DNA from: an uncultured Acidobacteriota bacterium
Lineage (GTDB): Bacteria; Acidobacteriota; Blastocatellia; RBC074
DNA: 64,000 nucleotides
NCBI GenBank assembly: GCA_963796275.1
Contig: CAWCKY010000004.1
Coordinates: 1,184,001-1,248,000, forward strand
Direction: 5' to 3'
The position numbers and the translations under genes were made by a program. The notes beneath the pieces are model-generated. The model searched no databases, had not been told where the DNA came from, and saw nothing but the letters and a program-made list of their open reading frames with translations. Shown one piece after another: positions 1 through 12,517 of the stretch. Numbering within the stretch: position 1 is the stretch's first letter; every line of letters begins with the position of its first letter.

Positions 1-2
1 CC

Positions 3-872
3 GGCGCGATCATCTGGTGGCTAGCTGCCCTGGCGATCACGGGCGATCCGCTCTTCATCATTCATAACTGGCCAACTAACTGGCCGCTTACCGGCACGAT
101 CTACGGAACCGCGGGTCTCACAGCTTACCCCTTCAGATTGCCCGAAATTGTCGGGCCGCTTCTGCTGGTCCCCTTCTTTTTCGGCCTGTTCCACCTGATC
201 AAACGGCGCGAATTGTTCACGCTCACTTCGACATTTCTGCTCATTTTCGGACTCCATACCGTCCTGCGCGCCTGGGGACTCCTTGGCTCCGCCGGTTATC
301 CCCGTTATATGATCGCGATTTCACCGGCGTTAGCGATAATCACGCTGGTCGGATGGAATGAAATAAGCGCCTCATGGCTCTCTTCCGCCCCGCGATTTAT
401 CAGAACGGTCTGCGTAGCGAGTATCATCTCGCTCTCCGCCATCTTAAATTTCCTCTACGCAGATGGCGCCGAATGGTCGCGCGACGCCCGCGCGCTCGCT
501 GAAGTTCATTCGTGGTTCGAAGCTAATCCGCTCCCCATCGCACGATTGATCTGGAGCGAACCATATTCCTGTATCCTGTTTGACCGCGATCCCTGGGAGA
601 ATCCGGTCTTCACGCGCAACCGGGAAACCGATCTCAAGTTATTGAGGAATTCACCCCCGGGCACTCTGGTCGTGTGGGATGAGAGAGTCGGGCCGAAATG
701 GACGGGATTGAAAGCGACGGATTTCGAAGAGACGGGCTACCAGCTCGTGCATTCGCAATCATTTATTTTGAATGGTTACATCCTGGAGAGTTCGTGGTTC
801 GGATATGGAGGACCGAGACATCAACTTATATACCTGTTATATAAAGCGAACGCGGCTTCATCAATTAAATAG
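3..872 (+). CDS. 5'-truncated membrane protein, probable GT-C (ArnT/PMT-like) glycosyltransferase
   Basis: Frame is open from the window start (GAIIWWLAALAITGDPLFIIHNWP...). Multiple TM helices. Paralog of 23073-24536 (shared GDPL..HxWP, GSAGYxRY, DRDPxENP and GGPR motifs). Confidence 0.65.
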   Translation, partial: GAIIWWLAALAITGDPLFIIHNWPTNWPLTGTIYGTAGLTAYPFRLPEIVGPLLLVPFFFGLFHLIKRRELFTLTSTFLLIFGLHTVLRAWGLLGSAGYPRYMIAISPALAIITLVGWNEISASWLSSAPRFIRTVCVASIISLSAILNFLYADGAEWSRDARALAEVHSWFEANPLPIARLIWSEPYSCILFDRDPWENPVFTRNRETDLKLLRNSPPGTLVVWDERVGPKWTGLKATDFEETGYQLVHSQSFILNGYILESSWFGYGGPRHQLIYLLYKANAASSIK

Positions 873-902
873 GGCCGCACCCCTAGGATTAAGGCTCGCC
901 GC

Positions 903-2123
903 CTATTTCGGCTTGGTGAAGCGCACCGAGCGCACATTGCCATTTCCATCCATCACTGCAATCAACTGCTTTCCCGACGGAAGCTTGCCGAAATCAAGGA
1001 TCCTGTTATTGCCTGACTTGCGTTTCCGGTACTTATCGCCGAAGGTATTCTCAAGATCAGTAACCGACCAGTTAACCAACCACTCCACGCTCGACAGCAG
1101 CTTCCCGGGTTTACTGAAACCAATCGACACACCCGTTGACACACTGAGATATTTGATCGTGTACTCCTCAGACGTATCCGTCTCTTTGGTTTTGATGAGA
1201 GCGGCCGTGCGCGTCAATTCTCCGACCTCATTAAGATTAGTCAGCCCGATACCGTCGACGAGGCGATAGAAAAATGACAGCGCTTCAAACGGGCGAACGA
1301 ACATCGGATACTGAGGCGTGAGCCCCAAACGCTCGCGGGCAGCGTTGGTGAGTTGTCCGTCGATTCCCTCCTCCTGACCCGGTGCTTCTCCGGGATTGGG
1401 CGAAACCGCGCCGGTCTGATCAGATGGCGCCGGTTGTATGCGGGATAGGTCCGACTTCACCTGATCGCCGATCATCCCGCGAACATAGTTAACCGGAACG
1501 GCGAAATTTATGTTCTGGCCGCTCTTGAGGACGTAGGTCACGATTCCGACTACTAACCCCGACGAATCGAATAACGCCCCGCCGCTGCTCCCCGGACTGG
1601 TCGGCGCGGTAATCTGGAAGACGCGATGGGTCTCGAGACGCCGAACCCCGCTGATGACTCCAGTAGTTACGGAATTCGTCAATCCTTCCGGACTGCTGAT
1701 GACGACGACGGGCTCGCCAGCTTCAACACGGTCGGAATCGCCCAGTTGCACGGTCGGGAGCTTGAAGCCCTTGATCTTGAGGACAACCAGATCCTTGGCA
1801 TCATCGACATCGACGACTTCGACCGTCTTGTACATGTCACCTGACGGCAATTTGACCCGTACCATCGCCGCTCCTCGAACGACGTGTAGGTTGGTTACAA
1901 TTGCCCCGTTTGTCGTGACGATGAAGCCGCTTCCCTGACCTATGACGTTATTGCGGTCATCAAGCCCCTCGAGAACCACGACCGCTTTCGATTGCTCACG
2001 CGCAATTTCGCTGGGTGATTTCGGTGATTTTGCCTCGTTGTTCTGTGCCAGCCCCCATGTCGTGAAGACTAACGATGAGACGAATATAGCCATGATCCTG
2101 ATTTTGTGTCGCATAGAACTCAC
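903..2123 (-). CDS. Exported trypsin-like (S1C/HtrA-like) serine protease without PDZ domain
   Basis: Signal peptide; GSGFIV, TNLHVV (His), DLVVLK (Asp) and PGSSGG (Ser) motifs. Real start may be a few codons downstream. Confidence 0.85.
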   Translation of the reverse strand: MSSMRHKIRIMAIFVSSLVFTTWGLAQNNEAKSPKSPSEIAREQSKAVVVLEGLDDRNNVIGQGSGFIVTTNGAIVTNLHVVRGAAMVRVKLPSGDMYKTVEVVDVDDAKDLVVLKIKGFKLPTVQLGDSDRVEAGEPVVVISSPEGLTNSVTTGVISGVRRLETHRVFQITAPTSPGSSGGALFDSSGLVVGIVTYVLKSGQNINFAVPVNYVRGMIGDQVKSDLSRIQPAPSDQTGAVSPNPGEAPGQEEGIDGQLTNAARERLGLTPQYPMFVRPFEALSFFYRLVDGIGLTNLNEVGELTRTAALIKTKETDTSEEYTIKYLSVSTGVSIGFSKPGKLLSSVEWLVNWSVTDLENTFGDKYRKRKSGNNRILDFGKLPSGKQLIAVMDGNGNVRSVRFTKPK

Positions 2124-2451
2124 CCGATCGACCGTTTCGCTAAATCGAATTTAATGAGGATACAATGTATTGTTTATATTGATGTCAGGATGCGTTAATA
2201 AAGTCAAGGCTCAACCTATCTAGTGAGATCAATGCACGAAGACAAATAGTGACAAAAATGGCAGAATTTTTATATATCTTTGAGGACTGGCGTATTACAG
2301 TTAATCCAAACCGTAGACTGACGACTGGCCGGGTCAGGGGTGGCCGTCAGGGGGTGGCCGGGTTAAGAGGGGGGGAACGAAAAAACCGAAAACTCAAATC
2401 TAAAGGATACTAGCGAACTACCTGTTCGGTTGCTATCGATGGCCGAACACA

Positions 2452-3765
2452 CTACTGAGCCGTTACTTTGGTGTCCTTACTCAACGCCTCACGAACCCTT
2501 TCGAGATAATTTCCTTGCGGGTTGAGTTCTGAGATAGCCACCGAGCTGTCGTAGGAGAACAAGATGAAACCTTTCGCCCCGAGCTCGCGCGTCACTTTAA
2601 TCCTCTCGAGCGAGCCTTCGGCCGTAAGGTTGAAAGCGCCGATCCCACCCCATACCGGTTTGCCGCTGGAGTTTTTCACTACTCCCTGAATTTGTTTGCG
2701 GAAAATATCGGGGTTGGTTGTGTATGCCATCGGACAGATGACATCGAGCCATCCTCGCTTCAGCCAGGATTTCCAGTCTTGAAACCGCCATTTCAAGGCG
2801 GCGTCGTCGTTGGCGAAGACCGCGGCGGAGATAATGACATTAGGCTTGATCTTTTTTACGCCTTTGTATATCTGGCCGACGAGTTCACTCACCTGATTGC
2901 GCTGGAATTCAGCATAACGCTCCGGGAAGGTCACCGCATAGGTCAGCGGATCACTAGCAGCCTGCGATACCAGAAACTCACGGACTTTATTGTCTAAGTT
3001 CTTCTCGACTTCAGCGCGAAATCGCTCCAGTGATGTGCGGCTATAGTCGTATCGCGGATTCGGATAGCGGACATAATCGAAATGCAGGCCGTCTACATCA
3101 TACCTCTGGGCGACATCGAGCCATATGTTGTAGATACTTTCCCGCACTCCCGGATTGGCCGGCGATAGGAAAAGCCCCTCAAGGTCGCTCCGATTGGCGC
3201 GGCTGTATTCGGCGATCTTTTGCAGATAACTGGGAGATGTCGGGTCGGCATTGTACAAATCCGATGCCAGTGCGCGCGGCACACCCAACCAGTCAGGGTG
3301 TTTGTAGATGACGTGGTCTTCGGATTTGGGCAGTCTATCCATACTCGAGACCAGGAAAATGTTAATCCAGGCGTGAACCCTGATGCCGACGCGATGCGCT
3401 TCCTCGATCGTCATCGCTAGCGGATCAAAATCTGACGGCTGTCCTGCCAGCCCCTCGCCGCGCGGCTCGAGATTCGATGTGTAATAAGCATCACCGCGAC
3501 TGCGCACCTGAACGACCAGATCCGTGAACCCGTTTTCGCTCGCGCGTCTCACCGCATCCCTGACGTCTTCGGGTTTACCGAGCGATTCCCGCTTCACCCA
3601 TAAGGCTCGCGCCTCATTTTCCGGTCCCAGAATGGCGGCGGTATTTTTTGACTTGCCCAGAGGCAGCAGCAACGTCTTGGACGGCGCCGCCGTTTGCTGC
3701 GTGGGCAGCAATGCGCTCAGTAATAAAAGAGCATAGCAGCAAATAATGATCAAAGCACGTTTCAT
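2452..3765 (-). CDS. Family 10-like glycoside hydrolase (GHL10, YddW/DigH-like)
   Basis: EARALWV, VVQVRSRGDAYY, FDPLA, VHAWIN, DVDGLHFDYVRYP, FQDW, PMAY motifs; signal peptide. Confidence 0.85.
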   Translation of the reverse strand: MKRALIIICCYALLLLSALLPTQQTAAPSKTLLLPLGKSKNTAAILGPENEARALWVKRESLGKPEDVRDAVRRASENGFTDLVVQVRSRGDAYYTSNLEPRGEGLAGQPSDFDPLAMTIEEAHRVGIRVHAWINIFLVSSMDRLPKSEDHVIYKHPDWLGVPRALASDLYNADPTSPSYLQKIAEYSRANRSDLEGLFLSPANPGVRESIYNIWLDVAQRYDVDGLHFDYVRYPNPRYDYSRTSLERFRAEVEKNLDNKVREFLVSQAASDPLTYAVTFPERYAEFQRNQVSELVGQIYKGVKKIKPNVIISAAVFANDDAALKWRFQDWKSWLKRGWLDVICPMAYTTNPDIFRKQIQGVVKNSSGKPVWGGIGAFNLTAEGSLERIKVTRELGAKGFILFSYDSSVAISELNPQGNYLERVREALSKDTKVTAQ

Positions 3766-3768
3766 AAC

Positions 3769-3883
3769 TCAGTTTTCAGTTATCAGTTTTCAGTTTTTAG
3801 CTTTCAGATTTTAGCTCTCAGGTTTTCAGTCTTTAATAAATTAGGCGGCCATCTGGAAACTAAAACCTGAAAACTGAAAACTG
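3769..3883. repeat. Inverted element of heptamer repeats (CAGTTTT)n / (AAAACTG)n
   Basis: Left arm tcagttttcagttatcagttttcag..., right arm ctgaaaactgaaaactg; same unit as 40801-40858. Confidence 0.85.
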
Positions 3884-3886
3884 TAG

Positions 3887-6337
<2,451 letters not shown>

Positions 6338-7074
6338 CTTTATGACATCACACGAAAATGCGCCAGTTTTGTGAGGAAAGTAATGAAGCCCTGGTTTGGC
6401 TTCTTTCCCGGTTTGCGGTTACAGGGCAAGCATATAATTTCTCTTTGTCATGTGCCTTTTTTCTGTATCTATGTCACTGATTCCATTAAAGGCTACACGC
6501 TATTTAACCAGTTTGACTTCGGGCTTTGTTGGGGCTAGAAGGGGCTTTACGTGATTATCGTAAGACATTTGAGTCAGAGGTCTCAACAACATTCTCTACC
6601 CGAATGTGCAAAACTTTAACCACCCTCGTCTGTAGTGTCAATAAATTCTTTTCATCATCTTCACTACTATCGAGAGTTTGGGAGATGCATTACTTGAATG
6701 TCGGGAGATATTTTATTCTCTATCATCAAAAATTTCCAGACCTCCCGTATGTCGTCCGCTCATAAGTGTGTAAATCCAGCAAACACACGGTCGTAAACGA
6801 TTCGGAATCGCGCTCGCGCTTGATGATCACGCATCCGTTCCGGGAACAGCTGACGGGGAGTCGATTTTACCGTAAAATCAGGTTGAGATTTCTACGGCTC
6901 ACACAAACCTCCATCAATAAGGAAGGTAACCTCATGCAAGATCGCGCATGAATGAAACTTTCCTACTCAGCGCGAACGGATTGACACAGACGAGTCGCGA
7001 CGTAGATATTTTGATGGCGACACTTGCAGAAGCACGAGCACAAACCAAGCGTGAATTATCGCCGGAGGGAAATT

Positions 7075-7821
7075 GTGACTGACAGGGTAAACCTTCTTAT
7101 TCTACGAACAACCATTCCGATTCTCGTATTTCTGTGTCTGGGGTTGCTGGCTTGCGCCAGACACCAAGTTGCGCCTCAACCCCAAAATCGCGCGCCCCAA
7201 AACCGGCCAGGGCAAATACTCCGCGCAGCGCCCACTCAGGCAGAGCCGACCGCTGATTACTTGTTCTTTCTGCATGCCAAAATCGTCGAAGACCAAGGCC
7301 TTCGCCCCACCAGCCCCAAATACGGCGTTTACGAGTACGAAGAAATTCTGAACGTTTTTCGTGATCACGGCTTTGTGGTCATTAGCGAAGTACGCCCTAA
7401 AGATACGGCCCCTGAGCCGTACGCCGCTCAGCTGATTGAGCAAATCAACGTTTTGTTGCAGGCTGGCGTGCCGCCCCAGCGTATCACCGTCCTCGGCGCA
7501 TCAAAAGGGGCTGTGCTGGCGATGCTAGTTTCATCGCAACTCAGGAACAAGCGTGTGAATTTCATCATTATGGGCAATTGCAACGACTGGGTGAGGCAAA
7601 ATTTCAAGATTGATTTGCACGGAAATGTTCTCTCCATCTACGACAGCAACGACGAATTCGGTCAGTCCTGCGAGCCGTTCTTCGCGCAAGCGACCGGACT
7701 CAATCGTTCACGTGAAGTCAAACTCGAAATTGGCACCGGACATGGAATTTTATTCAAGCCGCTTCAGGAATGGGTTGCGCCCGCTATCGAATGGGCCAGA
7801 CAAACAAGGAATGATGGTTGA
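7075..7821 (+). CDS. Alpha/beta-hydrolase-fold lipoprotein
   Basis: GTG start after GGAGG; lipobox-like LLAC; GASKG nucleophile elbow; C-terminal GHG. Confidence 0.7.
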   Translation: MTDRVNLLILRTTIPILVFLCLGLLACARHQVAPQPQNRAPQNRPGQILRAAPTQAEPTADYLFFLHAKIVEDQGLRPTSPKYGVYEYEEILNVFRDHGFVVISEVRPKDTAPEPYAAQLIEQINVLLQAGVPPQRITVLGASKGAVLAMLVSSQLRNKRVNFIIMGNCNDWVRQNFKIDLHGNVLSIYDSNDEFGQSCEPFFAQATGLNRSREVKLEIGTGHGILFKPLQEWVAPAIEWARQTRNDG

Positions 7822-7830
7822 CGAAATACG

Positions 7831-7940
7831 ATGCTGAAAATTATCACGGCCGAATCACCAGAGCAGGTACGGCGTCGCGAGATTTGAGGAAATATTTTAG
7901 CTGAATCTCGGAGATACCCGGCCATTCCGGAACTTGCTTT
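7831..7940 (+). pseudogene. Possible degraded 5' remnant of a GNAT acetyltransferase
   Basis: MLKIITAESPEQV... then an early stop; resembles the N-termini of some GNATs (by recollection only). Confidence 0.25.
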
Positions 7941-7941
7941 C

Positions 7942-9327
7942 TTAGAACAGCGCCTCAAGCGCTTCGATCACCGAACGTACTCCGATAACTTCCAGCCGAT
8001 CATCCTCAGTGAGGCCGCTCATATTGTTCTGCGGCATCACGACGCGCTTAAACCCCATCCGCGCAATCTCGCGCAATCGAACGGCGGCGTGATTCGTCGC
8101 ACGGACTTCGCCTGCCAGGCCGACCTCACCGAACACGATCGTTTGCGCGTTGATCGGTATATTTCGAAAACTTGAGGTCACCGCTGCGATTATGCCTAGA
8201 TCGACAGCCGGTTCATCCAGTGAGATTCCGCCGACAAGGTTCACGAAAATGTCATCTCCTGAAAAATGAAACCCCACTCGTTTTTCAAGCATGGCGACCA
8301 GTAACGCGACGCGGTTGATCTCAACGCCCTGCGTCGTGCGCCTCCCTGTGCCGAACTTGGACGAACTGACGAGGGCCTGAATTTCGACGAGTATCGGACG
8401 CGTGCCCTCCATTGCCGCGACCACGGCCGAGCCCGATGCGCCGATCGGCCGTTCGCTCAAGAATAATTCCGAGGGGTTCGCGACCCCGGTCAGCCCGCGC
8501 CCCGTCATCTCGAATATTCCCAGTTCATTGGCCGCTCCGAAACGATTCTTCGCCGCTCGCAAGATCCGATGATTATGATGCCGCTCGCCCTCGAAATAGA
8601 GCACCGTATCGACGATATGCTCGAGCGCCTTCGGCCCGGCGATCATTCCTTCTTTCGTGACGTGTCCAATTAGAAAGACGGGCACGTTGAGATTTTTGGC
8701 CAGCAGCAAAAACTGTCCCGCGACTTCGCGGACCTGCGAGACGGAGCCCGGCGCGCTCTCAAGTTTTTCGGAGAATATCGTCTGAACCGAATCGATGATG
8801 ATCGCCTGCGGCTGAAGTTTTTCGATCTCGTCGAAGATGCGCTCGAGCGTGGTTTCAGCGAGCAGATAAAGCCCCGCCGGATTGATGCCGAGCCGCTCGC
8901 CGCGGAGTTTGATCTGGCGCTCGCTCTCCTCCCCGGAGACATAGAGTACGCTGCCGTATACCGCATTGAGTTTATCGGCAACCTGGCTGAGCAGTGTCGA
9001 CTTGCCGATTCCAGGTTCACCGCCGATCAGGACCAGAGATCCCGGCACGATGCCGCCGCCGAGCACACGGTCGAACTCATCGATCCCCGTAGTCTCACGT
9101 ACGTCGTCCTGAGCTTCGATGGAATTGAACGGGACCGGTTTGTTTTCGCGCAGCTTCAATCCGGTGCGCGCAACCATCCCTCGCCCGGCGCCATCCTTCC
9201 CTGCTCTCTCTCGTTCCTCGACGAAAGCGTTCCATGCGCCGCAATCGGGGCATTTGCCGATCCATTTGCGCGATTGATGCCCGCAGTTTTGACAAGCGTA
9301 GATTGAGCGTGATCCTTTAGTAGCCAT
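7942..9327 (-). CDS. radA: DNA repair protein RadA/Sms
   Basis: C4 Zn finger CQNC...GKCPDC, Walker A GEPGIGKS, KNRFG, Lon-like C-terminus (EGTRP, GEVGLAGEVR). Confidence 0.97.
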   Translation of the reverse strand: MATKGSRSIYACQNCGHQSRKWIGKCPDCGAWNAFVEERERAGKDGAGRGMVARTGLKLRENKPVPFNSIEAQDDVRETTGIDEFDRVLGGGIVPGSLVLIGGEPGIGKSTLLSQVADKLNAVYGSVLYVSGEESERQIKLRGERLGINPAGLYLLAETTLERIFDEIEKLQPQAIIIDSVQTIFSEKLESAPGSVSQVREVAGQFLLLAKNLNVPVFLIGHVTKEGMIAGPKALEHIVDTVLYFEGERHHNHRILRAAKNRFGAANELGIFEMTGRGLTGVANPSELFLSERPIGASGSAVVAAMEGTRPILVEIQALVSSSKFGTGRRTTQGVEINRVALLVAMLEKRVGFHFSGDDIFVNLVGGISLDEPAVDLGIIAAVTSSFRNIPINAQTIVFGEVGLAGEVRATNHAAVRLREIARMGFKRVVMPQNNMSGLTEDDRLEVIGVRSVIEALEALF

Positions 9328-9341
9328 AGGCAAAGACAGAT

Positions 9342-9545
9342 AGGCATTTATCATTATTCATTTTACATATTATATTTGTTTATTAAGTAGCCGATTTTCA
9401 ATCAATGACAGATGTAAAATATAAAATGATAAATGATAAATGCCCTGTTCATTTTACATATTATATTTGTCATTACGTAGCCGATTTTCAATCAATGACA
9501 AATGTAAAATATAAAATGATAAATGATAAATGATAAATGCCCTGC
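9342..9545. repeat. Tandem duplication (period 91 bp) of an AT-rich heptamer-based palindrome
   Basis: Units begin at 9357 and 9448 (ttcattttacatattatatttgt...tagccgattttcaatcaatgaca.atgtaaaatataaaatgataaatgataaatg); the second unit has one extra ATAAATG. Confidence 0.9.
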
Positions 9546-9555
9546 CCCGGTTTTC

Positions 9556-10359
9556 TCAAAGCTTTAATAACTGATCTCGCAGTATTCTCGCCTGCTGTCG
9601 GCTGACATTTAACTGCTGGCTATTGAGCAAGGTGACCACATATGTTCCACCCGGCATAGGGCTGATGCGCTCGATTTGACTTAGTTGGGCAAGCGTCCCG
9701 CGCGCCAGCCGCACGAACTTTGCCGGGTCCAGGCGCGCTTCAAGCTCTTTCAGGCGATAGTAGAAAGAGTAGCGGCGGTTATCCACCGTCGTCAGTTGCA
9801 GCAATTCGCCATCCGCTACGACCGAGGCCACCTGATCGACCGGCACGATGATGATCTCTTCGCGCTGGCGGACGGGTATTCGCTCGAGAAAGGGAGCCCG
9901 CACGGCGGACTCGTATTCCGTGGCCGCGGCTTTCAAGCGATCCGCTTCGCTCTCGCGCAGGTCAGCGCGCTCCAATCGCTCCTGCGCCCTGTTCATGGTA
10001 TCCCGCAGGCGCGCGCGCTCGACCGGCTTGAGCAGGTAATCGACCGCGTTGAGTTCGAAAGCCCTGACCGCGTATTCATCGTATGCCGTGACGAATGCGA
10101 TCAACGGCAGTCTGTCTTTACGCAGGAGGCGCACGACGCCCAGTCCATCGACTTCGGGCATCTGCAGATCTAGGAGCGCCAGATCGGGCCGGGCACGCTC
10201 GATCAATTCCACAGCCTCAGCCCCGTTGGCCGCTTCGCCGATCATCTCGACGTCGGGAAATGAGGCAAGCAGGGCGGCCAGGAAAGATCGGGCAGGCCGC
10301 TCGTCGTCAGCGATCGCAACTCTTAATCTGGTCTCCGGAGTTCCGATTTCATTCTTCAC
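9556..10359 (-). CDS. LytR/AlgR-family response regulator (REC + LytTR)
   Basis: ADDE, LDLQMP, FVTAYDEYAVRAFELNAVDYLLKP; C-terminal LytTR domain. Confidence 0.95.
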   Translation of the reverse strand: MKNEIGTPETRLRVAIADDERPARSFLAALLASFPDVEMIGEAANGAEAVELIERARPDLALLDLQMPEVDGLGVVRLLRKDRLPLIAFVTAYDEYAVRAFELNAVDYLLKPVERARLRDTMNRAQERLERADLRESEADRLKAAATEYESAVRAPFLERIPVRQREEIIIVPVDQVASVVADGELLQLTTVDNRRYSFYYRLKELEARLDPAKFVRLARGTLAQLSQIERISPMPGGTYVVTLLNSQQLNVSRQQARILRDQLLKL

Positions 10360-10366
10360 TTTTTTG

Positions 10367-12517
10367 TTATCTGCTGGCAGTCTTGACCTGTGCCGCCTGT
10401 GACACGGCGAGCGCGGCGAGCGGCATTCGGATCACGGCAACCGTGCCGCTGCCCGGATTGCTGGACAATTCCAGCGATGCTGCGTGGCCGTAAACACACG
10501 CCAGCCGCCGGCGGACGTTCGACAATCCGACGCCCTGCCCGCGGCCGCTGGCGAACGTCAGATCGCTCACCCCAACTCCGGTATCGCGAACCGATAGGCA
10601 GAGAATGCCGGCGTCTTTGTTTCCATCATCACCATTCTCAATGCTAGCTGAAACGACGACCTCGCCCCCCTCTTTACGCGGCGAGATGCCATGTTTGATC
10701 GCGTTCTCGACCAGCGGTTGCAAGACCAAGGGCGGAATACGGAGCTGATAGAGTTCGACGGGCATATCGATCACCACTCGCAGCCGCTCCTCGAACCTCG
10801 CCCGTTCGATCGCCAGATAAGACTCGATCAGTTCCATCTCCTCACCGACCGTCACGAACTCACCATTGGGGGCGCGCAGAACGGCACGCAGCAATCCGGT
10901 CAATCGCATCAGCGTATCGAGGGCGCGTTCGGGCGCGGTTTGAATCAAGTAACTGATGGTTGTCAACGCGTTAAATAGAAAATGCGGATTGAGCTGAGCG
11001 CGCAGCGCGCGCAGTTCTGCTTCGGTGGCGAGTTTACCGATCTCCTGCTCGCGCAGGTTGCGCTGGCACCGCTAATGCATCACGCGCACCGCATCGATCC
11101 GCCTGGCCAGCATGAGGGCCACCGATTCGAGCAGCGCGATATCGTCTGAAAGCAGACGCCGCCCGCCGGATAATTCTCCGATGACAAGCGAATAACGGGG
11201 AGGCTCGTGAGTCGGGATCAGGACTGTCGCGGCAGTGCGCAATGGGACGGTCTGTTCCCTCGTCTGGGTGCGAACATCGTTCTCTTCATCTATGACGCGC
11301 ACGATCTCGCTCGGTAAGACAAACTCGCCGTAAAAGTCCCCGGCCTCTCCAGGCCACCCCTCGACGTCTCCCTGTTTCAGCCAGCAGACCTCGTTCGCCG
11401 TCAGGGCACGCGACAGATTCCGGCAGACTATATCGAGGATATCCTGCGGGTCTTCACTGGAGGCGGCAACCCGGGCGAGCTCGTCGCGCAATTCCTGATA
11501 ATTAGCGCGCCGCAACACCACAACATCCACAAACCAGGCAATGGCACGCCGCAGCGGCGGATAGATGAGCGCCGTGCCAATCCACAGGGCAATCAGCGCT
11601 CCGACCGTGGCCGGTTCTGGATAGCCATTCGCCGCCTGCAGCAGCGGCGCGGCGACGACGAGATAGAGTCCGAAGGCTGTGACGACCAGGACGACAAGCG
11701 CCAGCGCACGCTTCAGAAAGATATCGGCGAGAGCGAACCGGTAATCCTGATAAAGCATGGCGATCACCAGCGGCAGTGACGCGTGATGCCCGATCAATTC
11801 GATAAACCATGAATCTTCGCCGCCCGTATGCTGGCTGAGGTGCAAGGCAGAAACGGCGAATACCGAGAGGGCGACCACCCATACCGCACGCTTCCAGATG
11901 GACGATCGCCGGACGAAAAGTATAAGCGCTATCGTTAAGCCGCTGAAACCAAAGGTCAGTGCGCGCAGCGCCGGAGCCGAAGGAGTATCACCACCGGTAT
12001 ACGCTGAAAAAAAATGAAGCAGACCCGCAAAGGCGCTCAGCGCATACGCAACGGCGGTGATGAGTTGGGTCCATATTCCGGTCCCTTGAGCTCCGTGAGT
12101 CCCGATAGCACCGATAGCGCCTGTCCCGGTCGTCCCCTTCGGCTCGTTTGCCCCGTTTGCCCCGTTTGCCTCGTTTCGCGGGATCAATCCCTCACCGGCA
12201 CGTAATACCGAATGGACGACCACAGCCGGTAAAAAACCGAGTGCTGTAAATACTGCGGCTTCGAACCAGGCGGAAGTCCTGCCCGCGCCCCAATCACGGG
12301 CGCCGTAGATAATCAGCGCCCCTATATTCCAAAATAGGCCCAGCAGGGCGGTTGCCAGGAGCAACCTTTCGGTCCAGAGCTTCGTGCGTTTTTCGTGGAG
12401 CGGATAGATTGCTGGCCGGGCAGCCCGCAATACGAGCGCGAGCAGCATCGCATAGAGAGCTCCCCCGGTGATAAAACCAAGCAGGTTGACCAGTGCGGCT
12501 ATGTTATGCGGAGTCAT
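10367..12517 (-). CDS. LytS/YehU-family membrane histidine kinase, interrupted by an in-frame TAG at 11072-11074
   Basis: ORFs 11072-12517 and 10367-10966 share a frame. The gap reads H*RCQRNLREQEIGKLATEAELRALRAQLNPHFLFNAL, which contains the LytS H-box; QPLVENAIKHG and GVGLSNV follow. Confidence 0.9.

Noticed and set aside
2326-2375. G-quadruplex-like run of five G tracts
   Set aside because: Explained as degenerate ~15-bp direct repeats (tggccg..tcaggg); no functional evidence.
6340-7020. Replication origin or small ORFs in the long divergent intergenic region
   Set aside because: No clear TTATCCACA boxes; short ORFs lack recognisable features.
9342-9545. Mini CRISPR array
   Set aside because: Only two units, with near-identical internal sequence rather than unique spacers.
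10367-12517. Stop-codon reassignment or pyrrolysine readthrough
   Set aside because: TAG and TAA both end many normal genes here, the two internal stops are different codons, and no pyl genes are present.
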